NCBI RefSeq assembly: GCF_018977255.1
Contig: NW_024704743.1
Coordinates: 4,590,001 to 4,654,000 of the forward strand
Reading direction: 5' to 3'
Source of the DNA: Callorhinchus milii
Lineage: Eukaryota
DNA length: 64,000 bases
The translations under genes and the position numbers were made by a program. Under the pieces are notes generated by a model, which was not told where the DNA came from, did not search any database, and was given only the letters and a program-made list of their open reading frames with translations. Positions 49,576 through 62,995 of this stretch are shown in pieces (the first letter of the stretch is position 1; the number at the start of each line of letters is the position of its first letter).

Positions 49576-51484
49576 TGATTCTTTACTGTTTCCTATCGCA
49601 GCGAAGTTTCGCTGTGGAATAGTAAAAGTATACAAAGTAGGAATTGAATTACGGGTGTATGACACAGTATTTACACACGACTGAACCTGTGGAAATGTTC
49701 GTAATTTATTGCAAATTGAAAATGAATTAAATGCTGGAATCCGGGGCTAAAATATCCTCTTTAATCTTTCCGGGGTTGGATTTGCAATAGCGTTCAAACT
49801 GCAGCGTGTGTAGTAGTAGTAGTACATATCCCTTCGGAAAGACTTATACAAGAAGCCTCGTTTTCAAAATGTCAGATGGCATTTTTTTTTAGAATTTCCA
49901 CTTCAAAACAAACACAAACACGTCCTCGTCTCTTTAAAGCTCGCAGTGACCGATTGCTTTACTGCCTTCACTCACGGGTGAAAATGTACCACAGTGGTCT
50001 GATACCGAGCCTTATCGTACCCTCGATGTCTCAAAGGGCTTCAAAAGATTCTACCGTGAAGTGTAGTGGCTGTGTAATTTGTAGGAAGATGTGGCAGCTA
50101 ATATATGCATGATTTATGACTGGCCATGAAATGGAGGACCGATTTAGCTGGGTGATGTTGGCCAGGACGCTAGGGAGGAACTCCCTTCCCTTTTATAAAT
50201 AGTGCCATGGGATTGTTCGTGTCTAGGCTGATACACCAGGAGAGTTGTGGGGTCTCGTTTGAGCCCCCATTTGACAAATTGGTTGGTGAACGCCGAACAG
50301 AATGTTAGGAGGAGGAAGATGAGAAGCGGCAGCCAATGTGCAAACTGGTTAATAATTTAATTCACATCCACTGTGAACTCGATGCGAAAAGGTTTGTGCA
50401 AGTCCACGTGCCTCTCAAATCCCAGTCAGTTCACCGTTTCCTTTCCATCCACTTGGACAAAGTGAGGGAAGTGGATGTGACCTGGTTTAGGGTTCAGGAA
50501 ACATCGGCTTCATATTCATTCTATTCATTATTGAACAACGTGCAGACCGTTGCTGCTGAAATGTTGCAGTTGCTGGTTGGACTGTGTTGGATAAAGAGGT
50601 GGTACATCTTTGGGATGTCCTCCCGACGCGAAAGGCGCTATGCAAATGTAATGTCGTTGTTGTTGTGGTGGTGGTATGTTCATAAATCGTTTGTTTCCAT
50701 GTTTCGCCCACAAATATGCAGTCGATTCCCTTTACAGTATGTGCTGCGAAGCGCTTTGAGACGTCTCGAAGACGCGATAAGGCGCTACGTCAAATGAAAG
50801 GGTTATTATTATATTTATTATTTATGTTGCATTTCCAGATCCTCGCCTGTAAACCCCATCCGCTCCCTGGTACCTGCTCGACTCTCCCTCGTCCTTCACT
50901 CAGCTAGCTCAGGCTTACTGCTAGACCCAGCCCTCTCCGCACCACCGTTAGTGGCTGAGCCTTCAGTTCCTACTCTCTGGAACTCTCTCACTCCACCCCT
51001 TTGGTCTCACACTCTCTCTTTCCCTAGTTAAAGGCTGCCTCGAATCCTACTTCTTTGAATGTGTCAACAGCCACCTCCCTAATGGCTGATGACCGTTGAG
51101 CACATGATATTCAATTCGACCCCTGTCCTGCGGTAAATTACTCGCTCGTTTTTTTTTACATTAAAATAAATCTCTTAGGCCAGCAGTTTTATCTTCTCCT
51201 GGGTCGTGTCTCTCAAAGCACAATTGATAATTAATAATAACCCTTTGCATTTGACATAGCTCCTCATAGCAGGCCTGCTTCACGGGAAGATACACTGTGA
51301 AATGGGACTGGGTATTTTGTGGCAGCCAATTTGCCCACCGCAATATCCCCCAAACAGTCATGGAGCGAATGATTTCAGCTCGGGAGCAAAGCTTAACCGT
51401 CCAGAGCCTTGGGACGTCCTTCCTACATGAAATGTGAATGGAATCTGTTGCAGGTGGTTTTGTTTTGTTATCAAGACTATATTT

Positions 51485-51620
51485 TCGCTGGGAAACACTC
51501 AGGCAGGTCAGGCAGCATCTATGGAGAAAGGAAAGCGAGTCAACAGGTTTCCTCTTAGTCAACAGTGTTCCCAGCGACTTCTGTCATTGTTTCAGATTTC
51601 CAGCGTCTGCAGTGTTTTGC
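51485..51620. mobile_element. Probable Penelope-like terminal repeat relic with inverted arms
   Basis: gcaggtcaggcagcatctatggaga and tttcagatttccagcgtctgcagtgttttgc resemble a recalled chondrichthyan Penelope-type repeat; tcgctgggaaacact/agtgttcccagcga are inverted. Confidence 0.55.
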
Positions 51621-52969
51621 GTCGCGTTTGCGTGTTGCGGTCTGCGTCTGCCCTTGAGCCACGCACGACGTTGAGAGTGGGTCTGGCGAGCAGCCACGGA
51701 CATCGCCAGGGTCTGTCCCGGTGCCCCCCTGTGCGAGCAGCTGCTGACAGGCACTGTAGCACAAGCCAAGGTGGAGCCGATGTCCGCCTTCTCCCAGGTG
51801 CTGTTGGCGAGACACCTTGTCTGTGCTCAGAGCCGGGCGCGTTTGCCAAATCGCCATCTGTGCTTAAGCAACCGCGCAGCCTGAGCATTGATCAATGATA
51901 ATGGCCGTCACCGAATCTATACTGTGATTACCTTGAATACGCAAGGGGTTGATTATTGTCGTACGATGCAGGAACCCTGAGTCATTTTCACCGTGTATAT
52001 TTTGGTAAACATCTCTGACTCTTAAGTGTCTGAACGTCTTGAGTTTAAACGCTCCGAGGCGCTGCTCTGCCTGGTGGGCGCTATCTAAGTGCAACCTGTT
52101 GTTGTTGTCGTCTCAGAGACGCTTCACAGGGGGGAATCGCTGTCAGGTGTAGTGACTGCTTTTGTAGGCACCCCTGGCAGCCATTTTGCACGTGGCAAAG
52201 TCCCACAGAAGCGAACGAATGATCGTTCTGGGGATACCGTTGGCTGGGACATCGGAAGAAACTCTCTTCAATTTTCAAATGATCTGGATCGTCTCGCTTG
52301 AGAGGCGAGCGCACTAACCACTTTGTTTATAGGACTCCACCATCAAGGGTCTTATGTCTGCAACGAACAAGTTTCCTGGGCAAAGGATAAAACTGATGTC
52401 GGTCGACTGGGCTCCAGTCACTGGGCATAAAAATCTACATTTCACTGTGAAGATGTGCCTGTTGAGGTTTTTCTGAAAGCCCTTTAAACACTGCCGAGGA
52501 CATTGACATTTTGATGCATGGATACATTTGCTGCTGTACACGTGCTGAAATGTATTTGGGAGCCCAGGGATAGGTATAATGTGAAGCCGAGCGGTGCTTT
52601 CTGGAAGAGACTCAGAGCAGGAATTCCACTGTCCTAGATCTATCCATCAGGGTTGGAAAAATGCGAATCGTCATAAGGGATTTCATGTGTTAAGAAACTT
52701 TGGTGTTGTTTATCGACTGGTTCCTATTGTTGACACCTCCCATCGCTCTGAACGTTGGCTGAATGGTTGAGCTCAAAGATTTCACGGTGTTCGAACGTGG
52801 CTTTGAGTTACCGCATTAACCCCGTCTTAACACAGGACACCTTAAAGGTGCCACTCGCGTGCTCACGGGAGCTTGCGGTTTCTCTCATTACCCGGTTAGC
52901 GTGGAGGTTGTGCTCGCCTCACAGAACAAACAAAACAACACAAACGAGAGGACTCGGGCAGGGCAAAAG

Positions 52970-53470
52970 CCCCCATTCACTCCGCCTCGCCCCCTCCTTA
53001 GCCTCCTTCAAGTCCCGCCTCAAGACCCTCCTCTTCGACCATGCCATCGGCCACCCCCCTTCCTCTCCCTTCCCTTCTCCCCCCCTGACCCCAGCTCGGG
53101 TCTGAAATGCTGTACACTGTCCAGCGCCTTGGGACTTCCTCCCGACGTGAGAGTCGCTGTACAAATGTAATCTTGTTGTCGTCGTTGTTGTTTTCTAACT
53201 CCAAACACTTCTGTTTACCCAGCAGTAAGTAGGAATCCGGTTGTTGGTTGATCAGGGGATCACTTTTCGGGAGTAATAATGACTCAAAAAATAAATGGAT
53301 CACTCAATCCACGACTGTTTGTGGGACATTGCTGTGCGCAATTGGCTGCCGCGTTCGCCCACAAATATATACAGTCAATTCACTTTACAGTGTGTTCTGT
53401 GAAGCGCTTTGGGTCGTCCTCCCGACGTGAAAAGCGCTACATCAAATGCAAGGATTATTATTATTATATT
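52970..53470 (+). mobile_element. L2 3' end (52970-53192) followed by a 5'-truncated SINE with B body and A-type tail (53205-53470)
   Basis: LRLAPSLASFKSRLKTLLFDHA; then cttctgtttacccagcagtaagtagg...gtcctcccgacgtgaaaagcgct. Confidence 0.85.
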
Positions 53471-54642
53471 CAAATTGCAAGGATCATTATTATTGTTTCA
53501 TATTAATAATAATAACAATAATAATAATAATATTACTAATGATGATGATACCCTCCTGACCCAAGCCATCACCGGTGGGTGAGCTATCGACCATTCTGCC
53601 CCATTCTCTAGATCTCCACCTCACCCTTTTCCTCCCTCCCCATCTTTAAAGTCTGTCTTAATACCTTTCTTTTTGACCACTTTTTAACACCTCTTTTATT
53701 TCCCACCCCTCCCACTTCACTCACACTCACACACACACTCCTCAGCTCTCCCCACCCTCAGCTCGGGTATCCCAGACAACTCTTTGAAGTTTTTTCAATC
53801 GTCTTCCTGACGTTGAAAGATTGTTGGTAGCGTTCTCACCTCTTGAGTCGGAAAGTTTCACCCCTCAAAATACAATTCACTTTACAGTATATCCTGTGAA
53901 TCGCTTTGAGACGTCTCAATGACGTGATGAGGTGCTATATCAAATGCAAGGATTATTATTAATATTATTGTGGGTTCAAGTCCCATGACGGGACTTTGAG
54001 GCCATAGTCTGGACTTGTACCTCTGTGAAATGTTGCATTGTCAGAGATGCAGTTCTTCGCATGAGATGTGAAACAGACGGTCCCGTCTGCCTGTTCAGGT
54101 TGGACGTTAAAGATCCCATAGCGCTATTCCAAATGAGAAGGCAGTTTCTCTCGGTATCGTAAGCCAACAAACCACCAGGTAAAATCGGCCATTTCGTTTC
54201 ACGGCTGTTCGCTGACTACTAATTACCTCCTGCGTTTGCCTACAAACCACGCAAGTCACTACACTTCACAGTAAAATCCTGTAAGAGTGCTTTGACGTAA
54301 TACTGCACCAAATCTTCGGTGTTTAAATGAGATTCTTCTTCAGGCATTTTGCCTGAGTCGTGGATGAAGAACGCGATTGCATTACACAGCACAAAACCCT
54401 GCGACTTTTCCCAGATTTCCGTTTACATTTCTGGCCCGAGCAGACGGACAATGATTTGAAATTCCGCAGTGGTATGAGATGTTTATGTTCAGCCGTTCAA
54501 GGAATTATTTGAAGTTATTTTTGGCACTTTTATGGGTTATTTAGCTTCAAAAAATTTCCTGCTTTACTGGTTCATTTCAGTTGTTATTCATCCACTTACG
54601 AGACTCGTATCCTTGTCGGGGTTTATTTCCAACGGTGTGTTA

Positions 54643-55330
54643 CAACAACAACAGCTATATAGAGTCCTTCATGCTGGCCGGCGTCCCAGAGCTCTTGACA
54701 GTGGTGGAGTTTGACCCCAAGCCAGGGGGAGAGGGAGGGGGGGAGGTGACCGTAAGCACGACCAAAATGGAAGGGCTTTAGGTAGGATTTGAAAGTGGGG
54801 AAGGAGGGAGGGGGCGAGGCGGAGGGATTGAGGGAGAGAGTTCCAGAGTTTCGGAGTGTAGTGGCTGAAGGCACGGCCGTCGATGGTGGAGCGGAGGGGA
54901 TGAGGGACGAACAGGAAGCCGGAGCCAGCCGAGCTGAGGCAGTGGGTGGGGGCGTGGGTGGGGGGGGGTGTAAGCAAATCGGATTGGTAGAGAGGTACTC
55001 CCTCCGCTCAGCAGGCTCTAGCCTGCTTCACGTCCCCCCGCCTTGCTCACCCCACCGTTGGCGGCCGGGCCTTCAACGACATTGCCCCCACTCTCTGGAA
55101 CTCCATCCCGCAGTCCCTCCACCTCACCCCCCTCCCTCGCCTCCTTCAAGACCCATCTCAAGATCCTCCTCTTCGACCGTACCTTCAGTCACACTCCTTT
55201 CCACCCCTGCCCTCCACCCTCCCCGATCCCGACCCCCAACTCGGGTCCAAAACACTGACTGTCCAGCACCTTGGGACGTCCTCCCGACGTGAAAGGCGCT
55301 TTACAAATGTAATTTTGGTGGTGGTGGTGT
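54643..55330. mobile_element. Divergent pair of L2 3' ends (- 54643-54960, + 54997-55330)
   Basis: RSTIDGRAFSHYTPKLWNSLP on minus and SFKTHLKILLFDRTF on plus; each has its own tail. Confidence 0.85.
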
Positions 55331-55845
55331 TATTTATCTCTGCATAAAAATAACCCAGAGTTTGCCTCTATTGACTGTGTATTTGGGGGCGAAACATGGC
55401 CATTGTGTCCCAGGGAGGTGTCCCACAAACAGTCGGGGATTGAGGGTCCAGGCTGAGATCAAATGGGCTAAAGGATCTCCTGCGGCAGGATTTCCCTCGC
55501 CATCTCGTGATCTCGCCACTGAAATTAATTCTGCTTCCACTTGAACCACTGGGTGACCGACCAACCCTCAACAGATACTGCGCCACTCGAGTGCTGATTT
55601 CCTGCTTTATTAACAGCACCACCCGGTGGTTGCAACCGAAAGCCTTAACAACAGATCTCTGAAGGTTTGTCACTGTGTTTAGTCGATGATAGAAAGTGGG
55701 CGCTGGACCTGTTTGTCCCCAAAGGAGGGCTTGCTCCTGGATTGGAATTAACTGGATTGTTTCCACTGGCCTTTGGGCCAATAATCGGAGGTTAGAAGGC
55801 ACTTTGTCATCAAAGGTGGGTGATTGGTACCTTGTCCATCTAGAC

Positions 55846-56160
55846 GGAGTCCTGTAGCTCAGTGGTTAGAGAACTCGCCTCGCAAGCAAAAGATCTGGGT
55901 TCGATTCCCGGCAGGGGGCGAAACCTTGGGCAAGTTTCCTTACTCCACACGCCGGATAATAACCCCTCAAGGGAAAAAAAAACAATAACGAGTTAGTCAC
56001 TTCAACCCACGACTGTTTGCGGGACACTGCTGTGCGCAATTAATTGGCTGCCGCGTTTCGCCCACAAATATACAGTCAATTCACTTTACAGTGCATTCTG
56101 CGAAGCGCTTTGAGACGTCCAGAAGACGTGAAAAGCGCTACATCAAATGCAAGGATTATT
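55846..56160 (+). mobile_element. Short tRNA-Ala SINE, intermediate between B and A
   Basis: CGC head, shortened centre ccttactccacacgccggataataac, tail gagacgtccagaagacgtgaaaagcgct. Confidence 0.9.
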
Positions 56161-57410
56161 TATTTATATTTTAGGCAGCAATGAACAAGAGTAATCTGGA
56201 TGCTAAGATACACTGTCAAATCAGTTGAGCTCAAATTTGCCAGAAGTCACCTCAAGGTGGACAGTGGTCAAAGTTGTGTTTGACGTGCTGTGTTGGACTC
56301 CGGTCTCTGTGACAGCAATGAGGCAGATTCTCAGTATTAGTGGTACGAGACATGAGGGAGGAATGATTAGACAGGCTACGGCTCTTCAGGCTTGAAACTA
56401 GTCGGTCTTTAAGGGGACATTAGAGAGGTTTATAAATAGTACTGAGAAGGTAAATCCAGAAGAATCTGGTGTTTTCAGAAAATAATAATAATAGGTACAC
56501 CAAACCAGCAGGACAAGAGGCACATACTTAGGATTGGGGATGTCAATTTTTAGCACACACCCCGGTTAAAGTTTCTTTGCACAGATGCTAATGAACGGGT
56601 GGAATAGGTTAAGATGAAAGGCGGCAGAGGTCAGTACCATTGGACTCGTTCAAAGAAGAGTTTGGCGTTCGAATGGAAAGGGGTGGTAATCTGGAAGCCT
56701 CGGCCAAGAATCAGCCAAGCAAACATCTCGTGTGACCAGAATGAGGGAAGGCTGTGAATTTTCAGTGGAATTTGTGAAACCTGCGTTTTCAGCGTGTTTT
56801 CTGTTCGTGGATCCAACATTACTGGATTTTTTTTCTTGCGCGAGAGTCTTGTCACCCAGATTCGGTCGATTTTCTTTTCCACGGCAGCTTTACATTTAAA
56901 CAAATGTGTGTGTGGGGTGTGTATGTAGTTATTTAGTTATTTATTTATTTGAAGCCCGTGACTTCAGCCCAGGACGTGGCTTTGAGAGCAACGCAGCTTG
57001 TTCGTAGGTGCATATAAATGGCATGATACAATTCACCCTCCAATGGGTTTCCCTTTCTTCCTTAAATGGCAGTGTTTTAGCTTTCTCTTGATGTATGATT
57101 ATGAACTAGTATTTTAGCACTGTGTTGTTAATCGTGGGAACAGTTTCCGGCATCAAGCTGTGCCTTGATGGCTCATGTCTTATTATCCTGTCGCAGCTGA
57201 ACCTTGCAGCTATATCTTTATTGTAGATGTGAAATGATGTTTTGGCTGAATATCCCTCCCTCCCTCCCTCAACTGCATCAGTTGATATGCTGTGCCCAAC
57301 GCTGATGCCATCAGTCACTCAAATTGGTTACTCATCCACATTGTACATCTGCACTCGGATTCCTCCGCACTGGGGATTCTCTTCCAACTCGTGTTCACTG
57401 CCGCTCTTAA

Positions 57411-57788
57411 CAATAATAATCATAATAATAATGATAATAATCCTCGCGTTTAATCTAGCGCGTCATCACGTGTTTGAGACGTCTCAAATGCGCTTCGCGG
57501 ACTATATCGTCGAGTGAATTGGCTGTGTATTTTCTGGGCAAAATGCCACTTGGCACAGCAGCATCCCACAAACGGTCGAGGATGTTTTTTNGTTGAGGGA
57601 TTATTACCCCCCCACACGCCCACCACCCAAAAAGCGATCCGCCAATCAACTAGCAATCGGGTTCCTACTTACCGCTGGGCAAACAGAGGCGTGTGGAGTA
57701 AGGAAACTTGGTTTCGTCCTGCCCGGGAATCAAACCCGGGTCCTCTCGCTTGGGAGGCGAGGAAGCTAACTAACTAACTGCGGGACTC
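57411..57788 (-). mobile_element. SINE-B, diverged full-length copy
   Basis: Tail, central block and head all recognisable; contains an ambiguous base n at 57591. Confidence 0.85.
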
Positions 57789-57934
57789 GTTTTACACATA
57801 GGCTGTTTGGTCTATTTATGCTGTGTGTATGTCTCGTGCTATCGATTGCCTGCCTAATATTGGGCCACTTGAATCTCTTTCATCTGCCCACTTTATTCCC
57901 AGTCGCTTTAAATCAAATCTTTTTCAATCCTCAG

Positions 57935-57991
57935 CCTGTCACAAAGCCAAACAAATCTGGCGAGACCGCAGGCTTGCTTCATGCCACTCGT
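57935..57991 (+). CDS. Weak candidate exon (57 nt); frame 0 reads PVTKPNKSGETAGLLHATR
   Basis: Acceptor tctttttcaatcctcAG and donor cgt|GTAAGC; length divisible by 3; lies in a repeat-free island. All three frames are open and no homology is recognised. Confidence 0.2.
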
Positions 57992-58917
57992 GTAAGCTTC
58001 TGGTTTTACACCAGCCTTTAACTCGCCAAAATGGGTGCTTTGATCCATATTTTCAGCGGTGTCCATTAGAGGATGCTACGCTCTGTATTTTGAAAGATTG
58101 CGGCCTTTCAGAGGCAGTAGAACTCATGTCCAAAAGGCTTCTAGAAGTTCGATTTCTCGGAGCTTCGAAGCACACAGATCCTGAGCTATTTGAAGCTCCG
58201 CATGATTTTCTCTGAGCTTGTTGTATATCGGTGCATCATTTATTTCCTGTATGCTTAGAAAGTACTTCTTTAGACGTAGATGAGAGCAAGGCTCCCTTCT
58301 GTTAATATTCAATGGTTCTCCGAGGCATTTTGATTTAAGTCCAGGAACGATTGATTCCTTTTCTATCATCTCTGCTGAAAGATCTTTGTGTCAGATTTTA
58401 TTTATAATACATTATATTACTGGCCCTCAAGTGTTTACAATGTTATGTCAACCACTCCTAGTGATTCATCACTTATCTTTCTGCCGAGTCTTACGCGATC
58501 TCATTCTCTCGAACGCTGGTTTCCTGGTTCCTGCAATCCTCTCCCTCCTCATAACTCAGGCGTCTAACATCGTGGCTTTGATGCTGTGGCCTATGGGGGA
58601 GTTCAATGAACTATTTGATCCATTTGTCTTGCTCCATTTCGTACTGCTTCCGCCCAGCTTGTTGTTGGTCAACGCTAACTGATCTCATTCAACTCCGACG
58701 ATGACCGCCGCTGCCGAATTTCCAGCGTTTTTTTCGTCCGCGTTTCTCTACTTTATTCACTCTCTCTGTCGTCTGTCTTCCTGTAATTCTCGGTGCTCGT
58801 ACTTTTTGGTTCGGAAATCTTTTCCGTCACCTTTTACCTGTCCACCCCCCCCCCCACACACCCCACACACCCCACTCCCACCCATCCCGTGTTACACACT
58901 ACTCCTGCTCACATAGA

Positions 58918-59450
58918 AACAGCCTGGCTCAGTTGGTTGCACGCTTGTCTTAGTCTCACGATGGTTGTGGGTTCAAGCCCCATGTTGCTACTTTGAAGTC
59001 AGAGTCCAGGGAGACACTCCAGTTTCCAGGTGTACCTTAAGGATCTCATGACACTCTTCGAATAAAGAAGGGAGTTTATCCTAGTGTCCTGACCAACACT
59101 CCCTCAGATAAAATTGGTAAAGTTTACTTCCTGGCTGTTTGTGGGACGTTGCTATGCGCAATTGACTGCCGCGTTCGCCCACAAATATACAGTCAATTCA
59201 CTTTACAGTGTGTTCTGTGAAGCGCTTTGGGACATCCTCCCGACGTGAAAAGCGCTATATCAAATGCAAGGATTATTATTATTATTATTATTATTATTCT
59301 GTGAAGCGCTTTGGGACGTCGAGAAGACGTGAAAAGCGCTATATCAAGTGCAAGGATTACTATTATTATTATTATTATAAATTGGCTGCCGTGTTCACCC
59401 ACAAAATACACAGTCACTACATTTGACGGAAAAAGCAATCATGTGCTTTG
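58918..59450 (+). mobile_element. Deu-domain SINE carrying a nested 5'-truncated, double-tailed SINE-A (59160-59378)
   Basis: Deu head and core to tgcgca, then SINE-A 3' half with two tails, then the host resumes aaattggctgccgtg. Confidence 0.85.
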
Positions 59451-60230
59451 AGGCGTAATGCTGACAAGCGCTTCGAGACGCTGCCGCACACAGGAAGGGT
59501 GCTACATACATGCAAATTGTTGTTGTTGTTGTTGTTGAAAGGCCGTATATCAAATACAAAGATTATAACCAAGCAGATCTCTTTCCCTCATTCAGGATGA
59601 CTTGCTCGCATACATTTCCCAGAAGGACAACAAGCTTACCCAACGTTTTAGAGCATTATCTTGGTCGTCCGAGGAATTTATTTAGTTGCATCCTACTTTC
59701 TGTTTTTTTTTGCCCCAGTCTTATTCCGCTGAAGAATTGTGTGTGATCAAGCAACAAGGCAATCCTATCTCGAAAGTGACTTCAACCTGTTGTTTTCCTT
59801 TCAACCCCTTACTATTAATATACCGAACAGCACTGAACACGGAGATGTTTACCCTCTCAACTTGAATGCGTATCTTTAATCATTTGATCCTTCAGTGTGT
59901 TTCACAGTTCAGCTGTCCTGTGATCTGTTTGTGGAATGTTATTCTCTGCTGGAAGTCTACAAGAGTAACTGTTTTCATTTTATTTCTGCCTTTGCTGCAA
60001 CTTCAGGTTAAGAATTCCGAGAATGTGGAACACACTGTTACTTACGGGTGCAGAATCTCTTGGGATGTTTTCAAGGGAGATAGATGGTTACTTGGGAAGG
60101 ATTAAAGGTTATGGAGAAAAAAAAAAGACCAGGACCAGGGATTATAAAATAAATAATCCTTGCATTTGATGCAGTGCTTATCATGGCATTGAAACATCTC
60201 AAAGAGCTTCGCAGAATTTTACATACGATT

Positions 60231-60370
60231 GACATATGTGGAAACCCATCACCGTGCTTAAGAGTATTCGAACCAGACAGAGTTCCACATACGTATGCCA
60301 CCTACGCAAGGAAATTTCCCTTTGGCTGGAATGAAATGCGTAGCCTCTTCCGGAAGGATGCACGATTCCC
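60231..60370 (+). repeat. Family X copy
   Basis: gacatatgtggaaacccatcaccgtgcttaagagtattcgaacc...gccacctacgcaaggaaattt matches 4690-4775. Confidence 0.72.
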
Positions 60371-62995
60371 GGAAAGTATTAGGTGCGACAGTTGAGGCTC
60401 GGGAACCCCAGAATGTATGTTGGAACTCTCTCCCTAAATCCCTCTGCTTCACCCAACCTTTTTGTACTTTCAGTTCCCACCCAAAGACCTACCTCTTTGA
60501 ATGAGTCATTCCCTCTCCCTCAATCCTTTCCCCCTTGCCCCCTCTCTCCCCATTTTCAGGTCTCACTTGAAGACCTTCCTCTTAGACCGTGCCTTCTGTC
60601 ACCCCCTCCCCCTGGTCAGCATCGGGCTCCGCCACTGTTACACACTCCAAGACTCCGCCCGGCGTGAAGGGAGCTATATAAATACAAGTTGTTGTTGTTG
60701 TTGAGTCACTGCTGAGGTTTAACTAGCTACAATCACCATTGCGTATACACTGTTTTGCAAGCAGTTTTCCCACTACTTGGCCAGCTAGGACCACCCTACA
60801 CGTTAGTGCTTTGAGTTTCAGGGTTAACAGGAGCTGATTGAGAAGAATTCCTACCTCCCAAGTCCTGCCAATGAGCCAGGCTGGGTGGTTTGTCATTAAC
60901 AGTACCTTGGAAACTGGACTAGTGTGGCTCAGGAGCTGGACTACTGACACCACCGCAAAGGTTCGACGATTCTGACATTCTTTTGCCAGGCACACCTTAT
61001 TGGAACCAGCTCAGCTCCAAAGTAGATCCTTATTTCCCCCCTCTCTTCCCACCCCTTCCCATCTTTTGTTGGTTCAGTTGGATTCATTAATCTTCTACTT
61101 AGTGACAGGATGACTAGTCCGCCTCGTCATTTTATGTTTGAACACGAGTCTGGTTGTTGTCAAAACGCCACAAAGCCATTCCTAGACCGAGGTTTTCATC
61201 GTACTTGGCTGTCAGAACATGTTCTTAAGGTTTTCCATCTACTCTACAAGAAACAAGTAGTCTTTTCCACAGTATTCTCTCCTCCCACACTCTCTCCCCC
61301 TTCGGCCTTCCCCAAACACATCATCTGCACTTCCATTTCTCAACATAACTGAGTTGGCTTGCTAGTATTTCTTAGAAGTCAAACATTCCTCTTTGTTCTG
61401 ATTGATGGTGTTGTTTTGGCTGCGGATGATCTGTTGATCAGATAGGCATCAGTCATCACACATCGATCTCTCTGACTATGTTTGACTTGGCCCAATCTGT
61501 GTGTTTCCGAGTTTTCTTTTGCAATTTGCTTTAAATATTCTAGTGCTCACGTCTAGGTACTGTAACGGACAGCAACCGCAAGCCCTCTACGTGATGTCAC
61601 CCTAATATCACACACGATCACAAGACTGGTTCGATAGAAGAAGGCCCTTCGGTCCATCTGATCTTTTCCTCCAGTACACCCACCCTACCATCTGCCCATC
61701 ACAGTATCAAACTGCTCAGTGTCCTGGTCTCTTAACCATCCACCAGTGAGTGGGAGAAAGTTCAAACCAATTTTTTTTTAACGCTTAATGTGAATATTAT
61801 TAAAGTGTTCCAAACACACAGCGATACATTTATAGACAAATCATTCAATGATACAAATCATTTGTTAAGGGATCTGGGAATCTACCCTGCGTGAGCAGGC
61901 ACTATATAAATGGTGTTGTTGTTGTTCCTTTGCATAATAAATGGGCAGGTGAAGGTGAGGGGGGGGTGGGTGGGATTTAGAAAAAAATAGCCTGACTCGG
62001 AATGAGGCTTTTAATTCTGAATGAAAAAAAAATCACGTTTTGAGTTTCAAATCGAGTGTGGGAGCTTTCACTTTGACGGAAAGTTACAGCTGTGGTTACG
62101 CGCTGAGGTTTGTGAAGGGCTCACGTAAAAACACACTCCCCCTGAATTGCTTTCTGTTCAAGTGGAATTCCTCCCCCGGTGCTGTGGGTGGGAGTGAGGG
62201 AACGAGGCTGGAGCTAAAGAGTAGAGATACAATATAATTTCCATTTCTGTGGCGCTTTTCACGTCGAGAGGACATCTCAAAGTGCTTGACAGTGTTGGGT
62301 ACCTTGAGCTTTTGGCGGGAGCTGCAGGGGAGGGGATGGGGAAACATGATCAAAAGCGCGGGGTGATCATAGAGGGCTGTTTTGAGATTTATGGGGATGA
62401 ATGAATATTCCGGAGTTTTTGCTTTATGACACCCATAAGGTCCAGGTGATAACGACACATCAGGAGGACATTTCGATGCGCTTCACGGAATTTACTGTGG
62501 AGTGTAAGTGACTGTATATTTGTAGGCACCCCTTCAGTAATACCTGTTTACAACGACTTTCTGACGCAACCCGCTTCACGGCAACAGCGGAATCGATCAA
62601 TGGCAAAGTTGACTAAGACGAATGATAACCAAGTGTGGTCATAGCAACGCAAGTGTTATGTTAATTTGCTCAGGAGATGTCTAGCCACGCTAATGCCGCT
62701 GCATGATGTTTTATAGAGGAACTGTACATTCTGAGACTATTTATTTGAAAAAACAAGCAACTATTTTTGGCCGCTCTGTAGAAAGATACTGAATCTCTTG
62801 TGTGTGTGTGTGGCGGGGGGGGTGGGGTTGAAGGAGGTGGGAAGGAAGCGAAATCATAATCTGTGAGCGAGTTGAACTGGTTACTGACGAGTCTGAAAGA
62901 TAACACCACTTGGAGGGAGAGAAACATCAAGTGCCGTGCATGGCCATTAGGTGCAGACAGGGATGAGCTTGGCATTCAGGTGCCTTGGCAGGATG

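Noticed and set aside
54643..55330. Twin-priming inversion of a single L2
   Set aside because: Both halves have their own, different 3' tails, so these are two independent insertions.
57067..57082. miR-34a-like sequence tggcagtgttttagct
   Set aside because: It matches 15 of the first 16 nt of miR-34a-5p as recalled, but the 3' end diverges and the downstream arm gives only about 8 bp of pairing, not a pre-miRNA hairpin.
57591..57591. Ambiguous base n
   Set aside because: Assembly ambiguity in a T-run within a SINE; no biological meaning.
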